Source: Chiloscyllium plagiosum (Eukaryota). Taken from it: DNA of 64,000 bases. The number at the start of each line of letters is the position of its first letter. Position 1 is the first letter of the stretch. The notes under the pieces are model-generated. The model was not told the DNA's origin, did not search any database, and worked only from the letters and a program-made list of their open reading frames with translations. Made by a program: the position numbers and the translations under genes. Shown here piece by piece: positions 49,760 to 63,429 of this stretch. Location: NCBI RefSeq assembly GCF_004010195.1, contig NC_057737.1, forward strand, positions 25,547,499 through 25,611,498. The letters are read 5' to 3'.

Positions 49760-52100
49760 ATTCAAAGAAGCATCACTAACGCAACCAACCATGAATGGAC
49801 AACTACACTAGAATGAGCTTTCAGATTAAACAACAGCAGACCAGGACAAGGAAGGGAGACTGGCCCTATAAGAAAAACTAACCAAACTCTCACATAGCAA
49901 TGACATGAACAAATCAGAGCCTGGATAAAGAACCTATCTGACCAACTACACTCATACTGAAAAAGCTGTCCTAGTATGAGGGATAAACTACAACCACAGG
50001 GATGTGGACAAAAAGGACTTTCTGGCAGCACTGGAATCTATCCTAAAAGACAGCAGACTTACAGAAGAAACCCAACAGGCCATCAGATAGATGGTAGTAC
50101 TAACACTAAGCAGAAAGAAAGAAGTGAACATCCTCAAGATGCTTGTAGGGAAAGCCCTAGAAAGACACAAAAGACAGAAACATTGTAATCCTACCTGCGG
50201 ACAAAGGGTGCATGACCGTCATCCTGAACAGAACACCGTGTTGAGGAACCTCAATTATCTGGAATTCGACTATCCAGCAAAATCACAAGGTTCCGATGCG
50301 TGGCTAAACTATGTTATCTGGCATTTGATTTTTCGGAATTTGATTAACCGAACGAAATACTTGCCCGCCTGTGTCCTTCGGATAATTGAGGTTCTTCTGT
50401 ACATTGAAAAAGTGAACTTGCTACTAACCAACACCGATACCTACCAACAGTTAGCGATGGACCCAACTCCACAGCTAGAGAATCACCTGAGGAAACTACA
50501 CAAGACCGGTGAACTTAACAAGACAGACCTCCAAAGAATGAAACCAGAAGGATCTAACACTCTGTTTCTACAGATTACCAAGGGAACACAAACAAGGACC
50601 CCCGCCCCGGATCCATAATCTCAATTCCTGGCATACTGACATACAGGCTAGCAAAGGAACTGCAATGAAAACCAAAACACCTGGTAGAAGACTCAACCCA
50701 TTCCATCCACTCCACCCAGGAATTCCTTAACATCATCAAAGACGTCAAGATAGTGGACAATAAGGTCATGGTTTCCTTCGACATAACGGCCCCATCAACA
50801 AACATCATCCTAGCTAAAGAAACACTGGTCTCACTGTGAGATAAACCAAGGATACAAACCCTTAACAGCAGCAACTCCATCAGCAAGGAAAGCATCCTCA
50901 AACAACTGGACCTGTGCCTCACACCCACTTCACTTTCAATAACAACATGTACAAACAAATCAACGGGACACTTATGGGGTCACCAATATAAGAACTTATA
51001 ACGGAAGCAGTTTTGCAAAGGTTAGAATGAACAGCCATTCCCACGATCTAGCCTAAGCTTTGAGTCTGCTACATAGATGATAACTTTATCATCATGAAAT
51101 GTGACAAGCTGGAAGAAACCCGCAAACCTACAAACAGCATTCTCACCGATATGAAGTTCATAAAGAGAAAGAGCAATAACCGACACCCCTTCTTGGACGT
51201 CATAGTAGAATGATAAGCCAATGAAGAACTGCAGACCAGTGTTTACAGGAAAACCACACATACTGATCACATACTCAACTACAGAAGCAACCATCCCAAC
51301 ACCCACAAATGAAGTTGCATCAGGACACTATTCATATGAGCCACAACACACAGCAGCAACCTGGAACTATAAGAAGCCGAGGAGAAACACTTATCTGCTA
51401 ACCATTGTTCCTGAAGAAGTTGTATATGTGCAGTCCACCGATTCCTGCACAACGGACCTAAGCAGGAAGACTCAACATGCCCAGAGACTGTAGTCACCCT
51501 ACCATACATCAAAGACATCAGAGAAGACCATCAGACTACCCTGGCCCCTGGGCATCAAGGTAGCCCATAAATCTACTACCACACTAAAAACTCCTGATTA
51601 ATTTAAAGGACCCCATACCCACAGCTAGCAGAATGAACATGATATACAAATTACCCTGCAAGGACTGCAACAAATATTACATTGGACAAACTGGCAGGAA
51701 ACTAGCCACCAAAAGACATGACCAACTATCGCTGGTATCCATACACACAGACAAAGAAGGACACCAGTTCGACTGGAACAATGCAACCTGGGATAGGCAA
51801 ACCAAGACATGCACGGGAATTCCTAGAGGCCTGGCATTCAAATCAGAATTCCATTAACAAACATCAATTTGAACCCCATTTACCAACCTCTCAGAACCAG
51901 AAACAAAAATGATATCACCCACCACAACAAACCAAGAAAAATAGATAGAAACTGGGACAGAACATCAACACTTCATCAGAGGCTCACCAATGATGTTACC
52001 AGGCATAATGATGAAATGTCTGAAAGCAAACCCACCAACTCAGCGAGCAAACCAATAACCTGATCCACAACCTGAGCTACAAATCTTCGTCAAGATCTCA
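49760..52100 (+). mobile_element. Long decayed Penelope-like element (RT plus GIY-YIG endonuclease), family B variant
   Basis: Frameshifted RT motifs (MVSFDIT, YKQINGTLMGSP, YIDD, HTDHILNY.SNHP) and IYKLPCKDCNKYYIGQTGRKL; terminus like 44012-44626. Confidence 0.9.
50234..50399. mobile_element. Tigger-like MITE nested in the PLE
   Basis: GAACCTCAATTATCTG / CGGATAATTGAGGTTCTTCTG+TA, related to the TIRs at 17682-17823. Confidence 0.7.
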
Positions 52101-53354
52101 AATCTAATTAAATGTTTCAGATGTAAATGAAGGTAGGTAGTAGCTTGAACATAGCCATCAATGTGACAGAGGAAGCCTGAGTAGTATTCAGTGAAGACAT
52201 TTCCAACAAAGATTTATGCACAACAGACACCACATGTCCTTTTATTATTGCTGGTTCTATAAAGGGTGTGAGTGGACTAGAGAGATAATGTTTGCAATGA
52301 GAGTGACTTAACCTAAATGAAGGGAGATGATGTAATATGTAGATGATTGAGGTGATCGAGGGCTTCCAATGATAAAATACTGGAATTAAATTTTACAGGA
52401 AATCTGCTCACATGGAAAATTACAGTGATGGCTAAAGAATCTGAATCAAAGATGGAGAATGTTAAAATGCATGGATGTCGGTAATTCGAAATGAGACTTA
52501 AATTGAGATATGTGGAATCTAGTTTAAAGGGATAAAGTGGACAGCAGTAATAGATCTGCTGGCCCATTCCACACGAATAGATTTTCATAAAAGTTAGAAA
52601 CTGTAGATTTAAAACTCTTGTTGAAGGCATTGGAAATTGGGGAAGGGTAATTTTTTTTCAAAATAGTTGAGATAGTCTAGGAAATAATTTAGTGATCAGT
52701 TATGCAAGTTTGGATCTAAGCCTGTTGGGAAATTGACCTGAAATTTTCCTTGTGGATAAAGTTCATTGGCTACTAAGTCTCATACCTCATTCCAACCCCA
52801 GTACCATTCGTCCCTCCTTTTATATTTATTCAGTCACTTAATTGATCAATTAGTGATCAGTAGCTTAATTCTTGCATACTGACAAATAGTGGGATAGGGA
52901 ATAGCCCAGGGAAAATACAAAGAGAAGGAATCATAGACAATAGGATGTTTTTCACAATGCAGCACAGGTCCTATGTCAACAGGTATACTGATGCTGAGAA
53001 CATCATATTCAGAATTGTTTCAAAGTGAGTAAGCACAGCTTAGATGGCTAATATTGGGGGTTTTGAATCTCACAAAAGATCAGACAGTGGCAAAGGACAC
53101 AGAGGAGTCCTGGAGGAAGTACAAGATTAGAAACAAGGAATATATCAAATTACTCAAAAGTACAATCTCATCTGTAGTACGTATGGAGTTTAGAACAAAA
53201 TGTCAGAATTGGGAAGATAAGATCGAAGAGATGGTTAAATATCGATCGGAGTAGGGCTGAGGTTGAAGAGATTTGAATTTACAACCTCTGGGATATTCTA
53301 TTGTCATTTTCCTCTTTGGTAATTTCACCATTGGAAATTGAGGCAATGATTTTT

Positions 53355-55050
53355 TTAATTCATTTGTGGGCTGTGGGCAACACCTTCATCCCTAATTGCT
53401 CTTGACAAAATGGTAATGAGCTACTTTCTGGGATTGCTGTAATCCATGCGGTGTAAGTATACCCAAAGTGTTGTTCAGGGCAAAGTTCTTGGATTTTGAC
53501 ATTGCAACAGTGGAAGAACAGCAATAAAGTTCCAAATTAAGATGCTGTGGGAATTGGAGGGAAATTTGCAAGTGGTGTTGCTCTTTCTATTTGATAGAGT
53601 TTGTTGGTTTGAAAGGTGCTGTCAAAAGAGCCTTCGTGAGTTGTAGCATTGCATCTTATGGATGGTAGACTCTGCTGCCACTGTAGTGGTAAAGGGAGTG
53701 AATGTTAAAAATGTGAGATGAGGTGCCAATCAAGCAGACTGCTTTCTCCTAAATTGGGTAAGACCTCTTGAGTGTTGTTAGATTTGAAACATTCAGGCAA
53801 GTGGAGAGCAACATTCCCACTTAGCTGCATAGCTGCACATGTGCGTGTGCATCCACTTCAACGTTTCACACACTGCGATCAGTGTTCCAGAAGTCACTGC
53901 CATGAATGGACCTCCAAGGTTCATGTAGAAAAAAGTTCTGAGAGGGACTGTTGCTGAAGAGTATTCCACCACCGTGCCTTGTGGCTGGTGGGCTGAATTT
54001 GAGGAGTCAGGAGGTGGGATCCTTACCGCAGGATGCTCAACCTCTAGTCTTGTAGCCATAATATTTACGTATAATCAACTTGAGCTTCTAGTCAATGGTA
54101 ACCCCAAGGTGTTAATCATGGGAAATTCAGTAAGGTAATGTAATTAAATGTCAATTTAAGTCCTCTTTTCTGTTGCATTCTCTCTTGTTGGAGATGGTCA
54201 TTGTCTGGCACTTGTGTGGTGCAAATTTTATTTGCTATTTATCTGCCCAACCTTTAATGATGTCCATGACTTGTTGCAAATTGACACAGACTGCTTCAGT
54301 GTCTGAGCAGTTGAGAATGGTGCTCAACATTGTGTAATCGTCAGCAAACATCCCCTCTTCTAATCTTATGATGGAACAAAGCTTAAAATTGATTGGGCTC
54401 AATCAATTGCCCTGGGACCTCCTGCAATGATGACCTAGGGCTCAGATGATTGACTAACCTCCAACAATCACAACCATCTTCCTTTATGCTAAGTATTATT
54501 CCAAAATGCAGAATGTTTTGAGGTTAATTGCCATTGACTCCAGTTTTGCTAGGGTTCATTGATCCCACACTTGGTTAAGTGCTATCTTGCTGTCGTTAAT
54601 AATCGCCCTCACTTACCCACATGAATTCAAACTTCTGTCAAAGATTAGTGAAATCAGTAGCTGAATGGACCTGACAGAACCCAAACTGAGTATTCGAGAG
54701 AGGTTATTGTTGAGAAAATGCTGCTTGATAGCACTGTCAACAACACTTTCAATCACTTTTTAATTGAGAGGAGACTGATGCAGAAATAATTGTATTTGAT
54801 CTGCTTTTTATGGGTGGAACATAGTTTGGCAATTTTTATCGCTGTTCGGTAGCTGCCAGTCTTGTAGCTCTATCGGAATAGCTTGGCAACGGCACAGCTT
54901 GTTCTGGATTATAAATCTTCAGTACTATTGCTGGAACATTGTAAGGCCTGTAGATTTTGCAGTATTCAGTGGTTTCAACTAATCCTTGACATTGTGTGGA
55001 ATTAATCAAATTGGTTAAAGTCTGGTATCTGTTATGCTGAGTACCTCAGG
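53355..55050 (-). mobile_element. Decayed LINE family B fragment
   Basis: Tail matches 21845-22260; TCGTCAGCAAACAT reads MFADD on minus. Confidence 0.7.
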
Positions 55051-55369
55051 AGGAGGCTCTGTCTATAACACTGTGCTTACACTGTTTGCACACAAGTTGA
55101 CTTGTATTCTAAATTGGCATGTCACTTCTGGGTATGCCCTCCTGCACTCTTCATTAGAGTTGGAGATATGCAAAAATAGAATGGAAGGCATACATTCAAT
55201 ATTCCTGCCATTTCATTATTATGTATTATAAGTTTAACATCTCATAAAAGTGAAGATACAGTTAACATATGTGTGGCCAGTGACCACCTGAACTGGTTTT
55301 GACTACCTGAGGGGATCAGAGTTAAACAAGAGGAAAGGCGGGGCACAGCCTAATGATTTTATCGATAGG

Positions 55370-55690
55370 TACTTAATCCAGAGAGTCAGTTAATCTTGCA
55401 GAAACCCAGGTTCGAATTCTGCCATGGTAGATTGGTGGAATTTGAATTCAAGAAAAAAAAACCAAATTAAGAACCTAACAATAACTATGAAACAGTTGTA
55501 GATTGTCAGAAAGAAAAACTCATCTGGTTCACTTAATGCCCTTTAGGGAAAGAAACTGCTGTCCTTACCTGGTCTGGCCTATGTATGACTCCAGACCCAC
55601 AGTAATGTGGTTGACTCTTGACTACCCTGCATTGAGGGCTGGTTAGTGAATGCTGGCAGAGCCAGCACAGCCCACATCTTGCGAATGAAT
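55370..55690 (+). mobile_element. SINE family B
   Basis: B-box-like GGTTCGAATT; core CATCTGGTTCAC..TTTAGGGAAAGAAACTGCTGTCCTTACCTGGTCTGGCC..GACTCCAGACCCAC. Confidence 0.75.
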
Positions 55691-55814
55691 GTTAAAAAAA
55701 AGGCCTCTCCCCTCTTTATCTGCCCTGTCTTTATTTTACTCTTGGGAGATTACATACCCATAAGAGATTTGAAGCTGTCTAATCATAATGCTTTAATCAT
55801 CAGGACTGTGGCAG

Positions 55815-55903
55815 AAACAAAAACAGAAGTTGCTGGAAAAGCTCAGCAGGTCTGGCAGAGAAATCAAAATTAACGTTTCGGGTTTGGTGACCCTTCCTCC
55901 GGA
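55815..55903 (-). mobile_element. Short PLE-derived terminal fragment with a decayed hammerhead
   Basis: Minus strand reads CCGGAGGA-A-GGGT CACCAA ACCC-GAAA-CGTT; similar, more decayed pieces near 34365-34480 and 58110-58230. Confidence 0.6.
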
Positions 55904-57286
55904 GTGTGGCAGGGTTGTTGGCTCACTTGGACTGTTCCTGTCTGTCATTCTCATATGTTGGCAGACCACAGTGGCTTAATCTTACCTTACTTTAATACTC
56001 TTTTAGACATCCTTTCTTATCATTTATGTAGTTTGTATATGCCTTTTCCCTTATTGAATGTTCCTGTAACTTTTTGTTTTCAGAGATTATGTAGCTATTG
56101 AGGGTTGAGAAAAATCTAGTGATGATGATGCTTTTGTTTGGATTTAATTTTAAATTCATCCGTTTATTAATTCATGGCAATTCATTTTGGTTAATCTGTT
56201 CTTATTTGCATCCTTAGATTAATTCTCATTCAGCATCATTTTTATGACAATTTAGTTTAGATAAAGGTGAAAGTTTTGTGGTCATCATTACTGAGACTTA
56301 TTTTCAATTTTCATTTTTTATTTATTAAACTTAGGCTCAAAGCCCACCACAGCAATTGATGAAATCTGTGTTCCCAGACTGTTCCCTATGTTAACCTGGA
56401 CGACCCTAGATTACTAGTCCAATGATATAACCACATCATCGCCATCTTCCCCTGTTACTTTCGATTTTTGTATTTGTGTATCCGTCATCGCATTTATGTG
56501 CATATTTCACGCATCGTGATTTAATCCTTGTGATCACTACTGTCTAGATGTTTTATTTCTGTTCAATTTTTTAAAAGATATCTCCAGTCTCTTCGCTTTT
56601 AAGGTTTAGATTATATGTCTTCTACATTTTCCTATCCCTTTTCCCAAAAGAAAATCCTTTCTTATTCCATCTCCATTACAAGAAAAACAGTCGCCTTGTA
56701 ATGTCACTCAAGCAAATCTTGAATTTTTTTCCCCATTTGTAGCATTTAGGAAAACTTATTTTTGTTCATTTAAGATAAGTTGTCTGAAGTAGGTAAACAG
56801 CTTAGAAGCATGAGAGCTGTATGTACACAGTTATTTACAAGAATAAAGAAACAAGAACATGGCTCACCACACCTCGAGCGATTGGATAAAAATTGTTCAT
56901 TTAGTCCGCAAAGCCCAGATCCAATGTAAAAATAAACAAAATTTGTAACCATTATTTTGGGTTTTCTCTTATGCTAAAACAAATAACCCATGTGTGTTGC
57001 TAATCCACATGTTAAAAGTTTCCAGTTTTCACATTTTGTTTATTCCACTTCAACTTTAGAGCTTTTCTTGTAGCACAATCTTCCACAACCAAATTGGAAT
57101 TTTTGTTTTAGTTCATAATACTAAATCAAATTTTACCATAACATAATTGAATCTAACACAAAGTGGCTGATGTTTCACAAAAGAGCAGTCAGAACAATTT
57201 TTGTAAATAATTTGTAAATTGTAGTTTATCATTTTTCAAGAGGAACTGCATTAAAAAATATTCTATTGTATTATGTTTTGCTGCAG

Positions 57287-57298
57287 GTGAGATCCTAA
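57287..57298 (+). CDS. TPST1: Probable TPST1 terminal exon coding part (VRS*), followed by a 3' UTR to about 57935
   Basis: TTTTGCTGCAG acceptor; in-frame GTG AGA TCC TAA; repeat-free AU-rich tract ending in ATTAAA/AATAAA. An unseen small exon in between cannot be excluded. Confidence 0.55.
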   Translation: MRS

Positions 57299-57903
57299 CT
57301 CAAAGATGGACAGATATCTTCCTTTCTGATTCTCAGAAAAGCAGATTCTCAGAAGATGTCTCAGGATCAGATTTTCTCATGGATCTTGTTCTTGACCAGT
57401 GATATAAGTTCTTTATTCCACATTAATTTTCATTTTATAGGCACTATTCCAGCTGTAAACTCTTAGAAACTTAAAATGCCAATATGCTATATGTGAGGAG
57501 GTAGTGTAACCATTAATGATGGCAATAATGTTAGAATGTTGCCATACAGACATTACAAAAGTATCAACAAATGAAATGTGAATGTAACCATTTTCCCCTT
57601 GAGTTTTATTCATGGCAAAAATCACCATAGACCTTTTTTGTTTCTTTCTTTTTATGAATGAGGATTTGGAAGTAATCTCTCAGAGAGTTTGAATGAACAT
57701 GAACCCTGTTTCCCTAAATGCTCTTGGGGCGAACTGTGGGCTGTGATTTAAAATTATTATGATTCTATCTATGCATTTCCATGTAAAATATGTAATTATT
57801 GGAGCATGAACAACTGCACAGTGCTGTTCATGTATGTAATTGATTTATTTATACAGTTGCATACAAAATTTTGTTTTTTTTGTATTTTTGAAGTAAAATT
57901 TTC

Positions 57904-57914
57904 ATTAAAATAAA
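57904..57914 (+). terminator. Overlapping polyadenylation signals ATTAAA and AATAAA
   Basis: Preceded by U-rich TTTTGTATTTTT at the end of the putative TPST1 3' UTR. Confidence 0.55.
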
Positions 57915-58879
57915 TTTTAACACGATAAGTTGTCTGCATCTGAAATATAGGAGTAAGTGAGGACAAAGTCTGAAAAGTGACAAGTTAGTGTGTTCACACC
58001 ACTTAGTTGTAAAATATTAGCTCATAATATATGTCAGCAGTAAGGTTGAAGCAAGAAATTGCACCTAACCTTCAGGCAAATGTTCACCCATTTCCAAGTA
58101 TAACTTGAATAAAAGCAAAACGTTGCAAATGCTGGAAATCTGAAATTTACAGAGTGCTGGAAAAACTCACCAGATCTGGCAGCATCCATGGACAGAATAT
58201 AATTAACATTTCAGGTTATCATTTCTTCAGAAACCTGAGGTTAACATGTTGCGAGATCAGCTGAGTTACTCCATTCTCTGTTTGTTTCTAATGCAACTCA
58301 CTCTTGCTATAATGTACTTTTTTGTTTGCATAAATCTTAGACCATGTTCTTGACTTGGCAGGCTTTTCTTATGAGTGGCGTATATATTCCAGTCAAGAGT
58401 CTTTTTGTCATTTGCAATTCCAGGAGAAGATTGCATATTACAGATATTGTTCAGTACATTTATGATTGTTATTTTATAGGAAAAGGACATTCCTGTTCTG
58501 GGCCTGAAAATAACTTTGGTAGTGGGAAAGTGGAGATAACCTCAAAATTATAATAACAATTGTTTTCCTAATTGTGTTGCACCTCCAGCAAGAAGGATGT
58601 ACCATTCCAGGGCATTCTGCAGATGATACTTCCCCCATGACCCTTCGCTCATAGATGTAGAATAAGCACTGAAAACAAATCTGTAATATTCTTGTCTGAA
58701 TTAACCATGGTAGAGAATCAGCCTGAAATAATTTAGCAACCTCATTAATGCCAAGAATATTTCCAGATGAGCTGAGGAGGTTAAAACCGTATTGACATGG
58801 ATGATGTAAATGAGCAACCTCTTGTATTTTTCCTGAAATTGTTACAATATTTTAAGTATGGGGTTTGCTGGGGGAGAGA

Positions 58880-59180
58880 CAGTGGTAGTGATAATGGACT
58901 AATAATCCAGAAGCAAAGGTTCCTGGTTTGGATATATGGTAGAACTTCAATTCAGACAATAAAAATCTGAAATTGTGAGGGTCTCAGTAGTGTCGACCAT
59001 GAAGCTATCATTGATTTTGTTCACAAAAGCCCTGGAGGGAAGGAAATCTGATGTTCTTAATAAAATCTGGCCTGGCTGTGACTCCAGACCCAAAGCAAAT
59101 TTGTTACTACTTAAAATGCCCATTTAAATAATCTTTGAAGCCTCTCCCTTCAAGGCCATTTGTGGATGGGCAAGAAAAAA
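58880..59180 (+). mobile_element. SINE family B, decayed
   Basis: GGAAGGAAATCTG..GTGACTCCAGACCC core. Confidence 0.6.
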
Positions 59181-59734
59181 AAGCTATCTTTATTAAAAGA
59201 AAATTAAAAGGTTGTCCAGGCAGCTGATGTAATATTAACAACGCCTATTTTACGAGTTAGCATTCATATTTGCCGAGCTCATTACGATATGAATTTAAGG
59301 TGATAAAAGACTTCGAAACTTGAAGTAAATTTTAAGACCCAGCAGCCAACAAAGAAGTGGAGGAACTTGCAGTTTGAATTGACATTGGGATATATGGCCT
59401 ACATGTCTAGCATTGCACCAGCACTAAATTTTAAACATGACTGCTCGATTTTCTGCTGGGCTAAATGTCCTTGGATTCAAAGCAGCTTTCTGTTAGTAGA
59501 AAATACCACTCATGTAGCCACTGCACCTGTTCAAAATGTTTGAATGCTTTGCCTCTCCAGGACTTGAATTGGATACTTTGCAAATCTGAAAGTGGTGGCA
59601 TTTAGCCCATTTGTGAATTTGTGATATAAGCTAATAATTTTGATCAGGATACCATTGTCCTGCAAGATAATTTTGATCTGCTCCAATTGGGTACTTGCTA
59701 GAAAGATTAGGTTGTCCTTGTTTTTTTTTCCCAG

Positions 59735-60335
59735 AGAGGTTATTAAAAACAGCGATTCCGAAAAGTCCAGGTTTGAAGGGTTTTAGGGCCAGTTTGATTA
59801 TTGCTAACAGATTTGCCTCAAGCAAAAGTTTTCAAGTTTTTAAAGAAACACTTGTACACTGAAGCGGGTGTGGCCAGTTCTCCCAGCTCAGCTTTACTCT
59901 GGTTTGGTTTGGTTTTAGCAGTCTAACTATTCACTGAAAACAGTCAGTCATTGTGAAGCTGCTGGACCCACAGAAGCAGGTCCATGCTGATCCTCCCTCT
60001 TTCTGACATCTCTCCTGTAAGACCCTGTGTTTGATTTTTTTTTCGTTTTGTGCCAAGGGGTGTTTATGTGGTTTGTTGCAAGTATTTGGAACAGCATCAT
60101 TACGGTGGGATAATCAATTGGGTTTTCAGATAACTTAAGTTATTCTATATTTTGTTCACTTTTATTTATGTTTGATTTGGTAATCTTGTAAATAAATTGT
60201 TTTGTTTAAAACTAGTTTGACCAGCTGCATAACTCCTGGAATGTCCATTCTACGCCTGCTTAAAACAACTAGCAAAATTTGGGTCTGGGCTACTTCCTTG
60301 AAATGTTTTGAGGGGGTCTGGCCTGGTCCATAACA
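59735..60335. mobile_element. Possible solo LTR
   Basis: Distinct TG-rich block with AATAAA ending ..GGTCCATAACA; left boundary uncertain and no second copy in the window. Confidence 0.35.
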
Positions 60336-61487
60336 AGGAACATTTACATTGGTTAAGGAACATAGTCATATGCAAGGATCCTTCTGTATTTCACAAATAA
60401 GCAATGTTTTCAAGTCTTGCACTTTCCAAATTACCTAGGAATTTGGGGAATCTTTAATTCCTATTGCTTTCTCTATGCCACTACCTTGGTCAATCACATA
60501 CAACTTGCTGACTGAAATTTTGGCATTCTTGTATTTATCCTGATACATGCGAGACAAAAAGCTTCAGTGACATAGCTCTCCCTGAATGTATTCTAAACTT
60601 AGGTCTTTCCATCACAGAATAGTTTATTGTTGCACTTCAAAGTTGTGTGTTGGGTTTTAAAAATAAATCAATAGCCTAATAAGAAATATATATGTTATGG
60701 ATTACCTAATTTCTATTATAGCTGTTTTGCAGAAAGTAAAGGTATATACTTTGTGCAGAACAGCGGAACCAGGATCACGTGGAAAGGTTGCATAGCAGCA
60801 TTTCAAAAAAAACTTTTTTTACTTCCAAAATCATCTGCTACAGAAGACACAACTTCAAATCTGCTGAAAAGTGTTAAGAGCAACTTGAGTAAGGAACTGA
60901 TCGTTCTATACTTGCGCAATAAAAGCAGAGACTCGTGCTTCATGAGTTAGCACTTAAATTGCTGATAATTGTAGCTATATAAAATTCTTGTTTGTTCAGC
61001 AAGATAAAGGTTATAGACAGGTTTTTATGAAGGTCAAACACTGTTTTTCTGTTGATTAAAACTAACTGAATAAGTTTCTAATTTCCTTTTTTCTCCTTTG
61101 TTTTAAAACATAAGTTATACAATTCCTAAAATCTCTTGAGTATTGTTGAATCTATCCACAGTAATCAAACTCAATGGCATCTCTACAAGTTAACTTCAGA
61201 TCCCTCTAGATTAGAGAAAGAAAATAATCTAAGGTGTTTTTGCTTGTGACTGTAATCTAACTGCTGCCTTGAAAAAGACCCACTGAGATTTTTCTTGTTT
61301 CAAAGATTAAATTGCTTGCAGTACTCATGATTTAGGGTCACACTTAAAAATGATATGCATAGAAACTGTCAAATTTAGTTTTCATCTATTGTTTATCTTG
61401 TTTCAAGTTATTTAAGAGTCGATTTTGTGCTCCACAGCTGGAGTGGGAAGTGAGATGTTGGGGGTCCATCCATGAGAAGGCTGCACA

Positions 61488-61777
61488 GGGCATAGGTTTA
61501 GGGTGAGAGACATAGAAGAGACCTAAGGGGTAGCTTTTTCACGCAGAGGGTGGTGCATTTAAGGAATGAGCTGCCAGAGGAAGTGGTGGAGGCTGGTACA
61601 ATTACAGCACTTAAAAAGCATCTGGATGGGTTTATAAATAATTTAGGTATATGAAGGGTTTAGTGGGCAATAGGTTAAGTGCTGGCAAATGGGACTAGAT
61701 TAGGTTAGGATATCTGGTTGGCATGGACGAGTTGGACCGAAGGGTCTGTTTCCATGCTGTATATATCAATGACTCTG
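61488..61777 (+). mobile_element. HER1/CR1 3' fragment
   Basis: Matches 35490-35775. Confidence 0.88.
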
Positions 61778-62800
61778 TGACATCCCAGATGGCCTCCTGT
61801 TTCTAGAACTGCAATTTCCCCTCCCATCTGATCAACGATGCCCTCCAGTGCATCTCCTCCACTTCCTGCACCTCCACCCTTGAACCCCACCCCTCCAACC
61901 ACAACAAGTATAGAACCCACTGGTCCTCACCTTCTACCCCAATCTCGAGATACTGCACATTATCCTTCACCATTTCAGCCACTTACACCCAGAGACATAT
62001 TTCCTTCCCCTCTGTTCCACAGAGATCATTCCCTCTGTGACTGCCTCATTAGGTCCATGCCCCACACCAACCCACCCTCCACTCCAGGCACCTTCCCTAG
62101 CTGCCACAAGAGGTGTAAAACCTGCACCCATACCACCTCCCTCACCTCCATCCAAGGCCCCAAAGGATTGATTCACATCTGGTCGAGATTTTCCTGCACG
62201 GTCAACCCACCTCATCTACTGTGTCCATTGCTCTCCTCTACATTGGGGAGACAGAACACCAACTTGCGGAATGTTTCAGGGACATCTCTGGTACACAACA
62301 ACCCCACCGCCCCATTGCCGACCACTTCAACTCTACCTCACACTCCCCCAAGAACATGCAAGACCTGGACTTCTTACGTCACCAAATCCACGCCACCTGA
62401 CAACTCAAGGAAGAATGCCTCATCATCTGCTTTGTCCCCCTTTAACCACACAGCATCAACATTGACTTCAGTAGTTTCCAAGTCTCCCACCGCCCTCCCC
62501 ACCTCATCCCAGATCCTACTCTCCAACTCAGCACCGCCCTGTTGACCTGATCTACCTGTCCATCTTCCTTCTCACCTATCTGCTCTGCCCTCCCCACTGA
62601 CCAATTATAATCACTCCTCCACCTGCATCCACATATTGCTTTCCTGGCTACCTCCCCCCAGCCCCACCCTCACCATCTTATTTATCTCTCATCCCTTTCC
62701 CCCCCACATTCCTGATGAAGGACTTATGCCCGAAACGTCTACTCTCCTGTACCTCAGATGTTCCCTGACCTGCTGTGCTTTTCCAGGGCCACACTTTTTG
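61778..62800 (+). mobile_element. Penelope-like element family A 3' portion (Cys-rich linker plus GIY-YIG remnant, Neptune-like)
   Basis: PGTFPSCHKRCKTC..RFSCT, then YIGET in a shifted frame; hammerhead motif at 62712-62739. Confidence 0.8.
62707..62742 (+). ncRNA. Minimal hammerhead ribozyme motif (core intact, stems slightly decayed)
   Basis: CTGATGA-A-GGAC TTAT GCCC-GAAA-CGTC. Confidence 0.6.
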
Positions 62801-63429
62801 ACTTTGCGATTTAATGTCCAGCACAGCTGCAGTGATAATGTAAGTACGTAGGTGTGGGATTAGATAGACTGCTTAAGGTAGCCTGAATGTATTGGGTTTG
62901 GCAGTGATGGGGTGGGGGAGGGTGTTCAGTATTGGCAGGAATTCAGGCGAGCAGTGGGCAGTGTCAGGACGGCGTGGAGTCATGTTGGTTTTGGGAGAGT
63001 GTGATTGGGGTTGTCAGGGGTATGAGAGAGATCAGGAGAGGTGTAGCTGGGTGTTTGTGGGGGAGCTTCAGCTTAATAATTATCCAGGAGTTCAACTAAA
63101 CTTTTAATCATCTAACTTTTACAGGGTTAATCGCAGTGAAACCATCCAATTTTTCCAACATTTATGGACTCTTCCTGAGAGTTGCAAGCGACTGGTTTCT
63201 TCATCTTCCAGGGCAAATCCCATGGAATATGAGATTTCAGTCTGTGCTGCCTTAACAAATATCTGGCAATGTACAGTATATAACTAGAATTGTGTGTTTA
63301 ATTCCCCCAGACTGATCTGTATCTCTACACCAGCATTACCAAAGAAAAAGAGACAATGGTGAAGAGTTGGAATGGAATAGGTTTGGGGACAGGCAGTTAA
63401 AGGATCAACTGTATATTATTGACAATATT

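Noticed and set aside
50091-50618. 175-aa ORF as a novel protein
   Set aside because: Chance read-through across a decayed PLE and a nested MITE.
61838-62545. 235-aa Pro/Ser/Thr-rich ORF as a host gene
   Set aside because: Frameshifted Penelope-like remnant in C-rich sequence.
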